A stretch of DNA of 40,119 nucleotides from Candidatus Woesearchaeota archaeon (GTDB taxonomy: Archaea; Nanobdellota; Nanobdellia; Woesearchaeales; GW2011-AR4), in the NCBI GenBank assembly GCA_016784195.1, contig JADHVE010000002.1, positions 1 through 40,119 of the forward strand, read 5' to 3'. A program made the position numbers and the translations under genes. Positions 18,868 through 28,301 of this stretch are shown here, in pieces. Position 1 is the first letter of the stretch; every line of letters starts with the position of its first letter. The notes beneath the pieces are model-generated. The model saw only the letters and a list, made by a program, of their open reading frames with translations, ran no database searches and was not told the origin of the DNA.

Positions 18868-19065
18868 TTAGGTTCCTAAAAATTTGAGCACTTCATAAAC
18901 AAGAAAAGTTGGCCAGATCATCGCTTTCAATAATCCTAAAGCAATATTCCAAAAACCCGTAGCATTTGATATATAATATATTGCTGCACCAATAAAACCC
19001 AGCCCATAAATTGCCCCGCCATTACACATATTATTTAAATCTCGTTTGCATTTTGTTTTCTTCAT
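18868..19065 (-). CDS. Small membrane protein
   Basis: 65 aa, GGAIYGLGFIGAAIYYI...LLKAMIWP; GAGGTG RBS upstream. Confidence 0.8.
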   Translation of the reverse strand: MKKTKCKRDLNNMCNGGAIYGLGFIGAAIYYISNATGFWNIALGLLKAMIWPTFLVYEVLKFLGT

Positions 19066-19305
19066 TCTAATTCACCTCTTACCTTAATTAGTATACCTAC
19101 TATATAAATTTAATGAGTGATTACATAAACAAACAATATTATTGAAACAACAAAAAATACAATGCCTATATGAGTCAGCTTGTTATACCCATTTAGTTTT
19201 ATAATATTCCAGTAATCACTTACCTTAAGGTATGTTTTAAGAAAATAGTTAACAAAACAAACACAGAAAGAAAGTAATTTATACTTCTTCCCAATCTCTG
19301 TTGTT

Positions 19306-19992
19306 ATGCATCGTGTACAGAAATTATTGAGCAATTATGGGTATTGTTCCAGAAGAAACGCTGAAGAGCTTATTAAACAAGGAAGAGTTAAAGTAAATAA
19401 TAAGCTTATCTCTATTGGCGATAAAGCTTCTGAAAATGATAAGATCTATGTAGATGATAGATTAGTAAAAAAAGAAAAAAAGCTCTATTTTATGTTCAAT
19501 AAGCCAGTAGGCTGTGTTACTGCTTTAACAGATAGGAAATATAAAACAGTGATGGAATATATTGATGTCAAAGAAAGGATATTCCCTATCGGAAGGCTCG
19601 ATTATTTCACCTCAGGATTGCTGTTGTTTACTAATGACGGCGATTTTTCAAATAACATCATACACCCAAGATACGAAATAAAAAAAACTTACATGGTGGG
19701 ATTATACGACTCAATAGACTCAAAAAAGATTTTAATGATTGAAAAAGGAGTAATGCTTGAAGATGGGCTAAGCAGTCCGGCAAAAGTAAGAAAACTAAGA
19801 AGAGATTTAGTCGAAGTAACAATACATGAAGGCAAGAACAGGATATTAAGAAGAATCTTTAAAGAATTAGGCCTAAGGATAAAGTTTTTGAAGAGAATAA
19901 GGATAGGAATGTTAAATCTGGGAGATTTAACTGAAGGAAAATATAGAAAAATAAGCAAAAAAGAAATTGAAAAAATATTTGATTATAATTAA
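19306..19992 (+). CDS. RsuA/RluB-family pseudouridine synthase with S4 domain
   Basis: SRRNAEELI, NKPVG, GRLDYFTSGLLL, EGKNRILRR. Confidence 0.93.
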   Translation: MHRVQKLLSNYGYCSRRNAEELIKQGRVKVNNKLISIGDKASENDKIYVDDRLVKKEKKLYFMFNKPVGCVTALTDRKYKTVMEYIDVKERIFPIGRLDYFTSGLLLFTNDGDFSNNIIHPRYEIKKTYMVGLYDSIDSKKILMIEKGVMLEDGLSSPAKVRKLRRDLVEVTIHEGKNRILRRIFKELGLRIKFLKRIRIGMLNLGDLTEGKYRKISKKEIEKIFDYN

Positions 19993-20064
19993 GCGTGAAA
20001 TGGTCATTGTTGTTTCATTTCATCCAAAAAAATTTATAAACTCCCAACTATTCTCAAATATTCT

Positions 20065-20203
20065 GCTCCCATGGTGTAGTCCGGCCAATCATACTGCCCT
20101 CTCGAGGAGATATTAGATCGGGAAGCGATTTATGACAAGCCAAAGTAAGGCAGTGACCCGGGTTCAAACTGAAAGAAATTTCATGAAAGTCCCGGTGGGA
20201 GCA
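20065..20203 (+). tRNA. tRNA-Glu(CTC) with two introns: 37/38 (20105-20147) and 59/60 (20169-20189)
   Basis: GCTCCCA/TGGGAGC acceptor, CTGCC/GGCAG anticodon stem. The T-loop intron has a full BHB (TTCA/TGAA, inner TGAAA/TTTCA). Confidence 0.92.
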
Positions 20204-20222
20204 CTTATATCTTATAGAAATT

Positions 20223-20942
20223 CTAAAGCATTCTCTTAACAAATTCAGGCATCATCTTGAGCAGTAAGGCAATTAAAGTCCATCTCTTTGTAATATACAC
20301 TTTCTTCTTCTTTTTCTTTATAGCCTCAAATATCTGCCCTGCAGCTTTCTTCGCGCTTGCAACCCAGAATAATCCTTTTCTGTTCTTAATCATAGGAGTA
20401 TCCACCAAACCCGGAACTATTTCAGTGATATATATCTTCAGCTTTTTATTCACAAGCTTCTGTCTCAGCCCCCTCATATAGTGTGATACAAAAGCTTTTG
20501 ATGCACCATAGGCTGTTGACCTGCAGCTGTGCCTAAGTGCTGCAATAGAAGATATTCCAACAATATGTCCATAACCCTTTTTGGAAAAATATTTAACAGC
20601 AACATTTGCCATAGCAGCAAAACCCCTTATATTGACATTTATAGTTTCATTTTCATTGTCCCACTCAAGCTCAGGATTTTGATAGGAAACAGCTGAATTT
20701 ATAACAATCAAATCCATGCCGTCCATCTCTTTAATCAACTCATTAAGCAGAGCCATAGCTTCTTTTGTTTTGGACACATCAATCCTCTTAGCATGAGTCT
20801 CTGTTGGAATTTCATTTTGCAGCTCAGACAGCAAATTGGCTCTTCTCCCAGCTAACCCCACAATATAATTATTTTTTGCCAGTATTTTTGCTAATTCCCT
20901 GCCCATGCCTGAAGTAGCTCCAATCACAACTGCCTTTTTCAT
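20223..20942 (-). CDS. Short-chain dehydrogenase/reductase
   Basis: GATSGMG, ISSIA, YGASK, PGLVDT. Confidence 0.93.
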   Translation of the reverse strand: MKKAVVIGATSGMGRELAKILAKNNYIVGLAGRRANLLSELQNEIPTETHAKRIDVSKTKEAMALLNELIKEMDGMDLIVINSAVSYQNPELEWDNENETINVNIRGFAAMANVAVKYFSKKGYGHIVGISSIAALRHSCRSTAYGASKAFVSHYMRGLRQKLVNKKLKIYITEIVPGLVDTPMIKNRKGLFWVASAKKAAGQIFEAIKKKKKKVYITKRWTLIALLLKMMPEFVKRML

Positions 20943-21252
20943 TATATCTTTGGAATATGTCCCCTTTATTAATACTTTTTTAATCTATCAATCTTAAACC
21001 ATTAAATGATATAGTACTATAACTATTATTTGAACACTTTTTTAGTTTTGTTCTTGTGTCCTTTTTTAATTTTTTAAAATTAATAAATAAAAATAAAAAA
21101 ACACAACAAGGTTCACAACTAATTGATATTCTTTTTCTGCTCTATTGGCAATTTTTATTGGTCGATTTTAATGGCATTATTGATATGGGTTTTAATGAAT
21201 TTTTAAACAAAGATTTAAAAAGCAATCAACCTTTTTATTATTCTAAATAAGA

Positions 21253-23721
21253 ATGATAAAGAATAAAAAAAGAAAAAAAAATAAGAAAAAACAATATAAG
21301 GGCTTTATTGATTTTATAAAGCAAAATAAAGTACTTATAATTATAATAGCCATACTACTCTTAATCATTCTATTTTCTTTTGGAACAAAGATATTTCTTT
21401 TGACCAACTTCCTGCTGGGAAATGATATAATCGTGAAGTTAAATGCAGACAAGGAATTCCTTTTTCTGGAAAGAAACCAGGAAGAAACTATTGTCTTTGA
21501 AGCATCTGTAACCACAAACCCATTCTGCAAAGCAGTCTGCAGCTCCACATTCAAGGATATAAGCAAAAACACTATTATCGAGCAGGACAAATTTACATTA
21601 AAGCCTTCGATCAATCTACAAAAAAAATACACATTAAAAGCAACGAGCTTAGGTTATGGTATAGAATTATACAGCTTCAGTATGGATTGCAGCAGCCCCA
21701 GAACATTTCTCTGCCACACTGATGAAGAATTAACAAAAAGAAACATCTTAATCACAGTAGAATACCATCTAAACTATGAAGACAAACAATTAAAATCTGA
21801 ATTAGAACCAGATTTAGAAACCTTAAAAACAAAATTAAGTGAATTGGGTGGCAAAAAACAGCTTTTTGAAAACATAATCTATCAACTAAATGAATCAATA
21901 ATTCTAAATGAAAATTTAAATATCAATAATATTCAAAACAGATTTAATGAACATATCAAAGAAATAAAAACCTTCCAGGATATCTGGGAAAAACAGGATT
22001 ATGCTCTTCTTGCCTTGGAGCTGGAAAACTTAAATAAAGAGATTTCTGAAACAGAAAAACAATTTGAAGGGTTTAATAAAAGCATATTGGCAGTTATTTA
22101 CCCTTACAGTGTTATTGTTGAAGAAATAGGCAAAGCAGAAGATCAATTAAGGCAACTTTATCTTTTTGCTCTTATCAACCAAGAAAAAGCTCCTGAAATC
22201 AACAGAACGATTAAGGAATTTAATTCAGCATTAACCCTGTTTAAACAAAAAAGCAGCCTTGAGCAAAAGAAAAAGATTGTGGGGGGCATAATGGATGAAA
22301 CAAAAGACATTACATCATCCACTAACAAAGAATTCAAAAAAGAAGTTCTTAAGCAGGAGCTTCAGCTTGACATTGAATATGATACATTATGCAAAATATC
22401 CGGCTCATGCACGCCCCGCCCTTCAATAGAAGAGCGCTCTAAACAAAAAATATTTGAGTTAAACACAACATGCAGGAACATTGACAAATTCAGGGACAAT
22501 CTTCTATTGTTGAATTCTTCAATGAAAAATGCATATGTTAAGGAAAAATACCTGGATAATGAAGACTTCATACAGAATATAAGTGCAAAGGTAAAAAACA
22601 TCAGGCAAAACGTTACCGAGGAGTATCTAAATAGCTTGCCTTCAAATGAAGAAAATACAGAAATTATTCAGAAATTATTAGTCAGAAATGACCTTTCTGA
22701 AACAAAAGAATACCCTGAATATGATCTCATCCCGATTATGATTAGTGAATTAATAAAGCAAATGCCTCTGAGTTGTTATTCAGCTAATCCAAAAATTGAT
22801 TTAGTTAAATCTCCAGGCATTACTAAGATAACAATAAACAAATCAGCACAAATTCCTCTAGAGATTGAATTTAAAGAGCCATTGCCTCAATGCTGCGCTT
22901 TTGGCAAGTGTGAAGTTTGCTGTGTTTCAGAAGAGTGCAGGGAAAAAAACGATGTAGTAATATTTTTGCATGGGCATTCGCTAAACAAAGACACATCTGC
23001 TGAATACAGCCTGGATGCATTTAACAAGATACAGGAAAAGCTGGAAGAAGCCAACTACCTGAACGGGGGGGCAATTTCTACGTATACAGAACGTGACTCT
23101 CCAAGAGATATATGGAATAAACTGCCTGTTCCTTTGACAATCAAGGCAAGTTATTATTTTGACATCTTCAGAGAGCCGGAAAACTATATTGTCGTTCAGA
23201 CAAAGAGCGAAAATATAAACACTTATGCCCTAAGGCTGAAAGAGCTTATTGAAACTGTCCAATATAAAACAGGCAAACAAAAAGTCATTATCATTGCCCA
23301 TAGCATGGGCGGCTTAGTTGCAAGGCGCTACATCCAGATTTTTGGAGAAGATAAAATAGAAAAATTGATTTTGATAGGAACTCCAAACAAAGGCATTGCA
23401 GGGAATACTGCAGATTACTGCCCTTGGATAGGGGAACAGCTTGAATGCAGGGACATGAATTCTGATAGCTTATTTATAAACAAGATGAACCAGCAAAAAA
23501 ACTTTGAAATCCCTGTTTATAACTTGGTTGGCACTGGCTGCAAAATGGACTCTGATAAGGGTGACGGCATTGTACTGGAAAAAAACGCAATGATGGATAA
23601 CGCAAAAAACTTTATAATCAACGGCACATGCAAGGGTCTTGAAAAACTACATACTAAATTACTGGATATTGATACATACCCTGAAGTTTATTTTGTTATC
23701 CAGGAAGCTCTGAAAGAATAA
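21253..23721 (+). CDS. Membrane-anchored coiled-coil protein with C-terminal alpha/beta hydrolase
   Basis: N-terminal TM, long helical region, CCAFGKCEVCC cluster, then FLHGH, AHSMGG, GTPN and GDGIV. Confidence 0.82.
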   Translation: MIKNKKRKKNKKKQYKGFIDFIKQNKVLIIIIAILLLIILFSFGTKIFLLTNFLLGNDIIVKLNADKEFLFLERNQEETIVFEASVTTNPFCKAVCSSTFKDISKNTIIEQDKFTLKPSINLQKKYTLKATSLGYGIELYSFSMDCSSPRTFLCHTDEELTKRNILITVEYHLNYEDKQLKSELEPDLETLKTKLSELGGKKQLFENIIYQLNESIILNENLNINNIQNRFNEHIKEIKTFQDIWEKQDYALLALELENLNKEISETEKQFEGFNKSILAVIYPYSVIVEEIGKAEDQLRQLYLFALINQEKAPEINRTIKEFNSALTLFKQKSSLEQKKKIVGGIMDETKDITSSTNKEFKKEVLKQELQLDIEYDTLCKISGSCTPRPSIEERSKQKIFELNTTCRNIDKFRDNLLLLNSSMKNAYVKEKYLDNEDFIQNISAKVKNIRQNVTEEYLNSLPSNEENTEIIQKLLVRNDLSETKEYPEYDLIPIMISELIKQMPLSCYSANPKIDLVKSPGITKITINKSAQIPLEIEFKEPLPQCCAFGKCEVCCVSEECREKNDVVIFLHGHSLNKDTSAEYSLDAFNKIQEKLEEANYLNGGAISTYTERDSPRDIWNKLPVPLTIKASYYFDIFREPENYIVVQTKSENINTYALRLKELIETVQYKTGKQKVIIIAHSMGGLVARRYIQIFGEDKIEKLILIGTPNKGIAGNTADYCPWIGEQLECRDMNSDSLFINKMNQQKNFEIPVYNLVGTGCKMDSDKGDGIVLEKNAMMDNAKNFIINGTCKGLEKLHTKLLDIDTYPEVYFVIQEALKE

Positions 23722-23786
23722 AAATTTGAAGATATAGAATAAAAAAATTTATAATCTCTCCAAGACTTCTTTTATCTGTTTTTATT

Positions 23787-23909
23787 GCCAGGATGACGGA
23801 GCTCGGTTAATCGTGTTCGCCTCGAATAGCATAAATGTTTTTCATTTATAATTTTCAAAAGAGAGCGAATGTCCTTCGGGACACGCAGGTTCAAATCCTG
23901 CTCCTGGCG
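23787..23909 (+). tRNA. tRNA-Ser(CGA) with an intron at 37/38 (about 23827-23863)
   Basis: GCCAGGA/TCCTGGC acceptor, TTCGC/GCGAA anticodon stem, TGTCC-TTCG-GGACA variable arm. The BHB is weak. Confidence 0.88.
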
Positions 23910-23916
23910 TAAAATA

Positions 23917-24192
23917 ATGAAACTCAAAAATATTTTTTTATTGTTAATACTTTTGATTCTAATTACAGGATCCACTATAGTGTGGGTTAGTTACCTCGAC
24001 TGCTCTGAAAAAACTTCTAAAAAAGAAATACCAAACAATGCAGGTTATAAAATGATCAAATTCGAAATAGAAGAAAAACCACCTAAGGTAACTCCATACA
24101 AACAAAAAACTGATTCTATCAGATATGTTAAGCATATTTACGAATATTTTGAAAAAATAGAAAAAGCCCGAGAAAGATCAATAAAAAAATAA
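23917..24192 (+). CDS. Small membrane-anchored or secreted protein
   Basis: Start moved to MKLKNIFLLL because the upstream part of the track ORF is tRNA; hydrophobic N-terminus. Confidence 0.6.
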   Translation: MKLKNIFLLLILLILITGSTIVWVSYLDCSEKTSKKEIPNNAGYKMIKFEIEEKPPKVTPYKQKTDSIRYVKHIYEYFEKIEKARERSIKK

Positions 24193-24194
24193 AG

Positions 24195-24378
24195 TGCCGC
24201 TGGCGGTACTCTCAAATCCTAAGGGATTTATAGTATCCCTTGAGGATATTCGAAACCACGACCTCTACGTAACCCAGTTAGACTTGAGTTAATCATCTCC
24301 CAAAGGGATCATCGCTCAAATTTATGAGCCTCGCTTCATCAAAGATGTAGCGCTCTAACCAGGCTGAGCTACAGCGGC
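24195..24378 (-). tRNA. tRNA-Met(CAT), probably elongator, with three introns: 30/31 (24330-24346), 37/38 (24271-24322), 59/60 (24209-24248)
   Basis: GCCGCTG/CAGCGGC acceptor. Removing the introns gives stem CTACG/CGTAG, loop CT-CAT-AA and T arm GTGGT-TTCGAAT-ACCGC. Central helices are CGCT/AGCG, CTCA/TGGG and TTCG/TGAG. Confidence 0.9.
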
Positions 24379-24477
24379 ATAGTCTAAAGAAAAAGTAATT
24401 TATTTTTAAAGTATTCGTTTTCTAAGAAAATGAATGGCATGAAGAAACCAATCTAAACTAGTTTATTGCTGGAATTA

Positions 24478-24888
24478 CTATAAAAACTTCTTAATATTCT
24501 CTTTATACTCCTCAATCTCTTTATTCCCGTATTTCTTATGGCTCCAGCTTAACCTTAATCTATCACCTTTAAACCTTGGAATAATATGGATATGTGCGTG
24601 TTGGACTAATTGCCCTGCGTCTTCACCATTATTCATAACCATATTGTAAGCGCCATTCCCTATAGACAAAGATAAAGCCTTGGTAATATTCTTAACAGCC
24701 TTAATCAACTCACTTAAATTTTCACCAGGGATGTCTAATAAGGTTTCATAATGTTTTTTTGGAATCACTAAACAATGCCCTTTGTTAGCAGGCATTATAT
24801 CCAGAAAGCTTATCACATTGCTATCTTCATAGACAATTGACGCAGGGATTTCTTTATTTATAATTTTGCAGAATATACAGTCTTTCAT
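24478..24888 (-). CDS. HIT-family hydrolase
   Basis: DCIFCKI, GHCLVIPKKH, HAHIHIIPR. Start placed at MKDC. Confidence 0.94.
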   Translation of the reverse strand: MKDCIFCKIINKEIPASIVYEDSNVISFLDIMPANKGHCLVIPKKHYETLLDIPGENLSELIKAVKNITKALSLSIGNGAYNMVMNNGEDAGQLVQHAHIHIIPRFKGDRLRLSWSHKKYGNKEIEEYKENIKKFL

Positions 24889-25236
24889 CTTAATATTTAT
24901 GTAATATTTCCTGCCTAGCAAAATGATCAGCCCATCAACTTATTCAATCAAATTTAGGGGCAGTAAACTCTGTTATTTCAATTCCACCTGCTAATCCAGC
25001 TAGGCAGCATTTATTAAACATTCACTCATTATTTATCTCAAACCTATATACATTTTAGTAGCATCTGGTTTGTCTAATTGCCGGGCTACGCTTTTCAATT
25101 CTATTGCAGATGGTTATTGTTCAACTGGAATATCATTCATTTTATTCCATCTACACATCTCAATAGACAAGAATATCTGGTGATTTTTAAACCTTTTGTC
25201 CCTCCCCTTTTTTTAGTGTTAATCTTTGATTGGATT

Positions 25237-25272
25237 CAATATCAGAAAGTGTGGTTAAATCCTTCCGCTAGG
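25237..25272 (+). repeat. Degenerate spacer-repeat copy
   Basis: CAATATCAGAAAGTGTGGTTAAAT compared with TAATATCGGAAATTCCCGTTAAAC. Confidence 0.5.
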
Positions 25273-25343
25273 AAAGAGGAATAGTCTACAATACGGTTTG
25301 GCAAAGCCAAAAAATTCCGAAGAGTTTTATTGTGATACATTTA

Positions 25344-25688
25344 CTAAGATGGTTCTATTCGTGTAACACTTTGATTTCCAATTTGTAAATGTTGAAGAAT
25401 ATAAGATTCAATATAAGGTTCAGGATCGTCTTTATAGAATTCAATTATTATACGATCTGTTTTTACTCCTTTTAGTAATCGCTCAATCAATTTATCTTCT
25501 GGAGAAAGTTTAATATCTCTTTTAATATTAACTAAACCATCTGGCCTATTTAAATCATATTTCACCCATACTTCTTTTCCAGCATATTGTTTTAAAATAT
25601 CTCTAGCTGTTGTAATAATATCTTTATTACAATATGATTCATACATTCTTTCAGGAGCAAATCCTTGGAAATTTTCAAAGTGATCCAT
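25344..25688 (-). CDS. Hypothetical protein
   Basis: 114 aa ORF with TTTATAAA upstream. Confidence 0.6.
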   Translation of the reverse strand: MDHFENFQGFAPERMYESYCNKDIITTARDILKQYAGKEVWVKYDLNRPDGLVNIKRDIKLSPEDKLIERLLKGVKTDRIIIEFYKDDPEPYIESYILQHLQIGNQSVTRIEPS

Positions 25689-25955
25689 ATTAGTTGTTAC
25701 TTACAAGTGATTTATAAAACTTTTGATTATCACCACCATAAAAATTGAATATAATATCCACGCTTGTTAGTTTTGTTTTTGGTTATTAAGTTCCGAAAAC
25801 CTACGTCCGTAGGACTCTGGGGCGTTATTTTACATGGGTTTTTTGTTTGTGTTAAAGGGAGGATGGATATATTGTATTTAACGATTGATGTACTTACTGT
25901 TGAATAGCAATAGATGGAAAGATTTATTAACTCAACTCTAGTCCTTACTTTTTAT

Positions 25956-27191
25956 ATGTTTAAACTAAATGTAGAAAAAAATTTAAAGAATCTCCTTGCT
26001 CAGGCTGACATCAAGATAAATACAGATGATCCAAGCAGACAATGGGACATACAAGTTCATAAATCAGAATTCTACGATAGAGCCATTAGAGGTGGAACAC
26101 TTGCTTTTGGAAGGTCATACATGGAAGGATGGTGGGACTGCCAAGATCTTACAGATTTTTTTACAAAAGTCTTAGAGGTAAGGCTTGAAGATAAAGTTAG
26201 TGGCATCATGGCTCTGTTAAATAGTTATAGGGCTGGAGGTCTTAATGAAGAAGGAAAGGCCTCTGTAAAGATGATATACAATGCATGGCTTAACAATCCT
26301 CAGGATAATGATGGCTCTCTTAAGGTTGGAACAACACACTATGATGCAGGAAACGATTTGTTTCAGGCAATGCTTGGTGAATCAATGACTTATACATGCG
26401 GTTACTGGCAAAAGTCAGAGCAGGGATTATGGAAAGCAGCAGAAACTCTTGAAGAAGCACAAGATCACAAGCTTGATATGATCTGCAAAAAATTAGACCT
26501 TGAGGCGGAAGATACGGTTCTTGATATTGGCTGCGGATTCGGAAGCTTTGCAAAGTATGCTGCTGAAAAATATGGTGCAAAAGTAGTAGGTATAACTATC
26601 TCCCAAGAACAGCTTGATTTTGCAAAAGAGGATTGTAAAGACCTTGATGTAGAGTTTGTTTTTCATGATTATCTCAAATTGTCCAAACCTCCTGCATTAG
26701 CGGGTCATCTATTTGACAAGATTGTCTCAATTGGCATGTTTGAGCATGTAGGCTCAAAAAATTATAGCAATTACTTCAAGTTTGTTGACGAGCATCTCAA
26801 ACAAGGAGGCATATCTCTCATTCATACCATTGGAAACGATAAAGAAACAAAAATGTGTGAGCCATGGACTGCTACTTATGTATTCCCGAATTCTAACCTT
26901 CCAACAGAGCGACAGATAAGAAAAACCAAGCCAGGACATTTTTTTGAGCAGGATTTTCATGAATTTGGAAAGGGCAATTATGATCCCACCATAAAAATAT
27001 GGCATGATAATCTAATGGAAGCATGGAGCGAACTTTCTGCAGGCAACAAGAAACATACTGAGAAATTCAGGCGTATGTTTAAATACTATCTTAATGGCAG
27101 CGAGGCTCTTTTCAAATCAGGCCAAGGACACCTATACCAATTTGTCTATTCAAAAGGAGAATTAAAACCATCTTATAAGATAGTACGTTAA
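25956..27191 (+). CDS. cfa: Cyclopropane fatty acyl phospholipid synthase family methyltransferase
   Basis: YMEGWWDC, HYDAGNDLF, MTYTCGYW, LDIGCGFG, SIGMFEHVG, YVFP. Start likely MFKL. Confidence 0.9.
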   Translation: MFKLNVEKNLKNLLAQADIKINTDDPSRQWDIQVHKSEFYDRAIRGGTLAFGRSYMEGWWDCQDLTDFFTKVLEVRLEDKVSGIMALLNSYRAGGLNEEGKASVKMIYNAWLNNPQDNDGSLKVGTTHYDAGNDLFQAMLGESMTYTCGYWQKSEQGLWKAAETLEEAQDHKLDMICKKLDLEAEDTVLDIGCGFGSFAKYAAEKYGAKVVGITISQEQLDFAKEDCKDLDVEFVFHDYLKLSKPPALAGHLFDKIVSIGMFEHVGSKNYSNYFKFVDEHLKQGGISLIHTIGNDKETKMCEPWTATYVFPNSNLPTERQIRKTKPGHFFEQDFHEFGKGNYDPTIKIWHDNLMEAWSELSAGNKKHTEKFRRMFKYYLNGSEALFKSGQGHLYQFVYSKGELKPSYKIVR

Positions 27192-27465
27192 AAATTTGTT
27201 TTTTCTATAATCTTTTTTTACTCATCTTTTCTTTTTTCGTTAAACTTTCAGGGAGTTTATTCCACCTAGTCCTGTCTGATATGCGCATTTTGTATAGGTG
27301 AGATATGCCATATTTAAAGTTTGATGTTGTTTAGCCCAGAACTCTTACTATCTTATTATCTTCAAGCCCCTGATTCTCATTATTAGTTTTTAGCCCCTTA
27401 TTCCGTTTTAGTTTATAATAAAAGATATTGATTTTTTTATATGGAATTGATCATTTAAAATTTTA

Positions 27466-27984
27466 CTATTTTTTCTTGATACGAGAAAAATTTTTAATTG
27501 GATTTCCCCATATCTTCGAATTTGGAATAGTAACAAATACCTGATCATCAGTTATAACAATACATGAAGATATACCCATTTCTTTGACAGTACCCTTTAT
27601 GCTTACAACCTCGACAGATTCTCCAATTTTCATTGGTTTGTTTATTAGAAGGAATATGCCGGCAGTAAGGTTAGATAAAACATCTTTGGTTGCGAACCCA
27701 ATAATAATCCCCATGGCACCCAAGCCAGCAACGAAACCAGTCACGTTGAAACCAAGATTGCTTAAGACTATTATGATAAAAATAACCCAAAGAAATATTT
27801 TAACTATTTTTTCTATAAACACTTCCAAGGTTCGATCAAGATCTACTTTATCAAAAAAGTGAGTTACATATTTACTAATAATATGAATTGCAACAAACCC
27901 ACCAATAAAAATTATAATAAAAAAGAGCCATTGAGTATAATGTCCAAAAAAATAATTTTGTATATTAGCCAATATTTCTATCAT
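27466..27984 (-). CDS. Short MscS-family mechanosensitive channel
   Basis: GIIIGFATKDVLSNLTAG, GTVKEMG, IPNSKIW. Confidence 0.9.
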   Translation of the reverse strand: MIEILANIQNYFFGHYTQWLFFIIIFIGGFVAIHIISKYVTHFFDKVDLDRTLEVFIEKIVKIFLWVIFIIIVLSNLGFNVTGFVAGLGAMGIIIGFATKDVLSNLTAGIFLLINKPMKIGESVEVVSIKGTVKEMGISSCIVITDDQVFVTIPNSKIWGNPIKNFSRIKKK

Positions 27985-28216
27985 TTTTGCCCCTATTTTA
28001 TTGAGTATCCAATAATTTTTATTTGTTTTTAGTAAATGTTTTTATTCCTAAGTCAAAGTCTTCATTAGATAATTCTTCAACCAATTCTTGTTATTTAATA
28101 TTCTCCAAATCATCTTTATCCATTATAAGCGTCCTCTGATCATTAAAAATAACATAATCCTATATAAATGTTAACATTAAAGATAATTCCACATATAAGT
28201 ATTCTCTTAACAAATA

Positions 28217-28263
28217 TCGCACGAAGTGAGTGAATATGTGCGTAGCACTAGGAGGCTCAGTTC
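28217..28263 (+). repeat. Twin GNA-triloop hairpin repeat
   Basis: TCG-CAC-GAA-GTG-AGTGAATAT-GTGC-GTA-GCAC-TAGGAGGCTCAGTTC, homologous to 17707-17755. Confidence 0.7.
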
Positions 28264-28301
28264 TATTTGAGAATCAAAGAGGAAGGCTAAAAATTATTTA
28301 T

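Noticed and set aside
19110-19334. 74 aa minus-strand ORF
   Set aside because: Its start overlaps the pseudouridine synthase start and promoter. The hydrophobic C-terminus may be a remnant but no credible start codon was found.
24890-25029. Short minus-strand coding-like remnant; a similar one at about 28020-28133
   Set aside because: Interrupted by stops and too short to assign.
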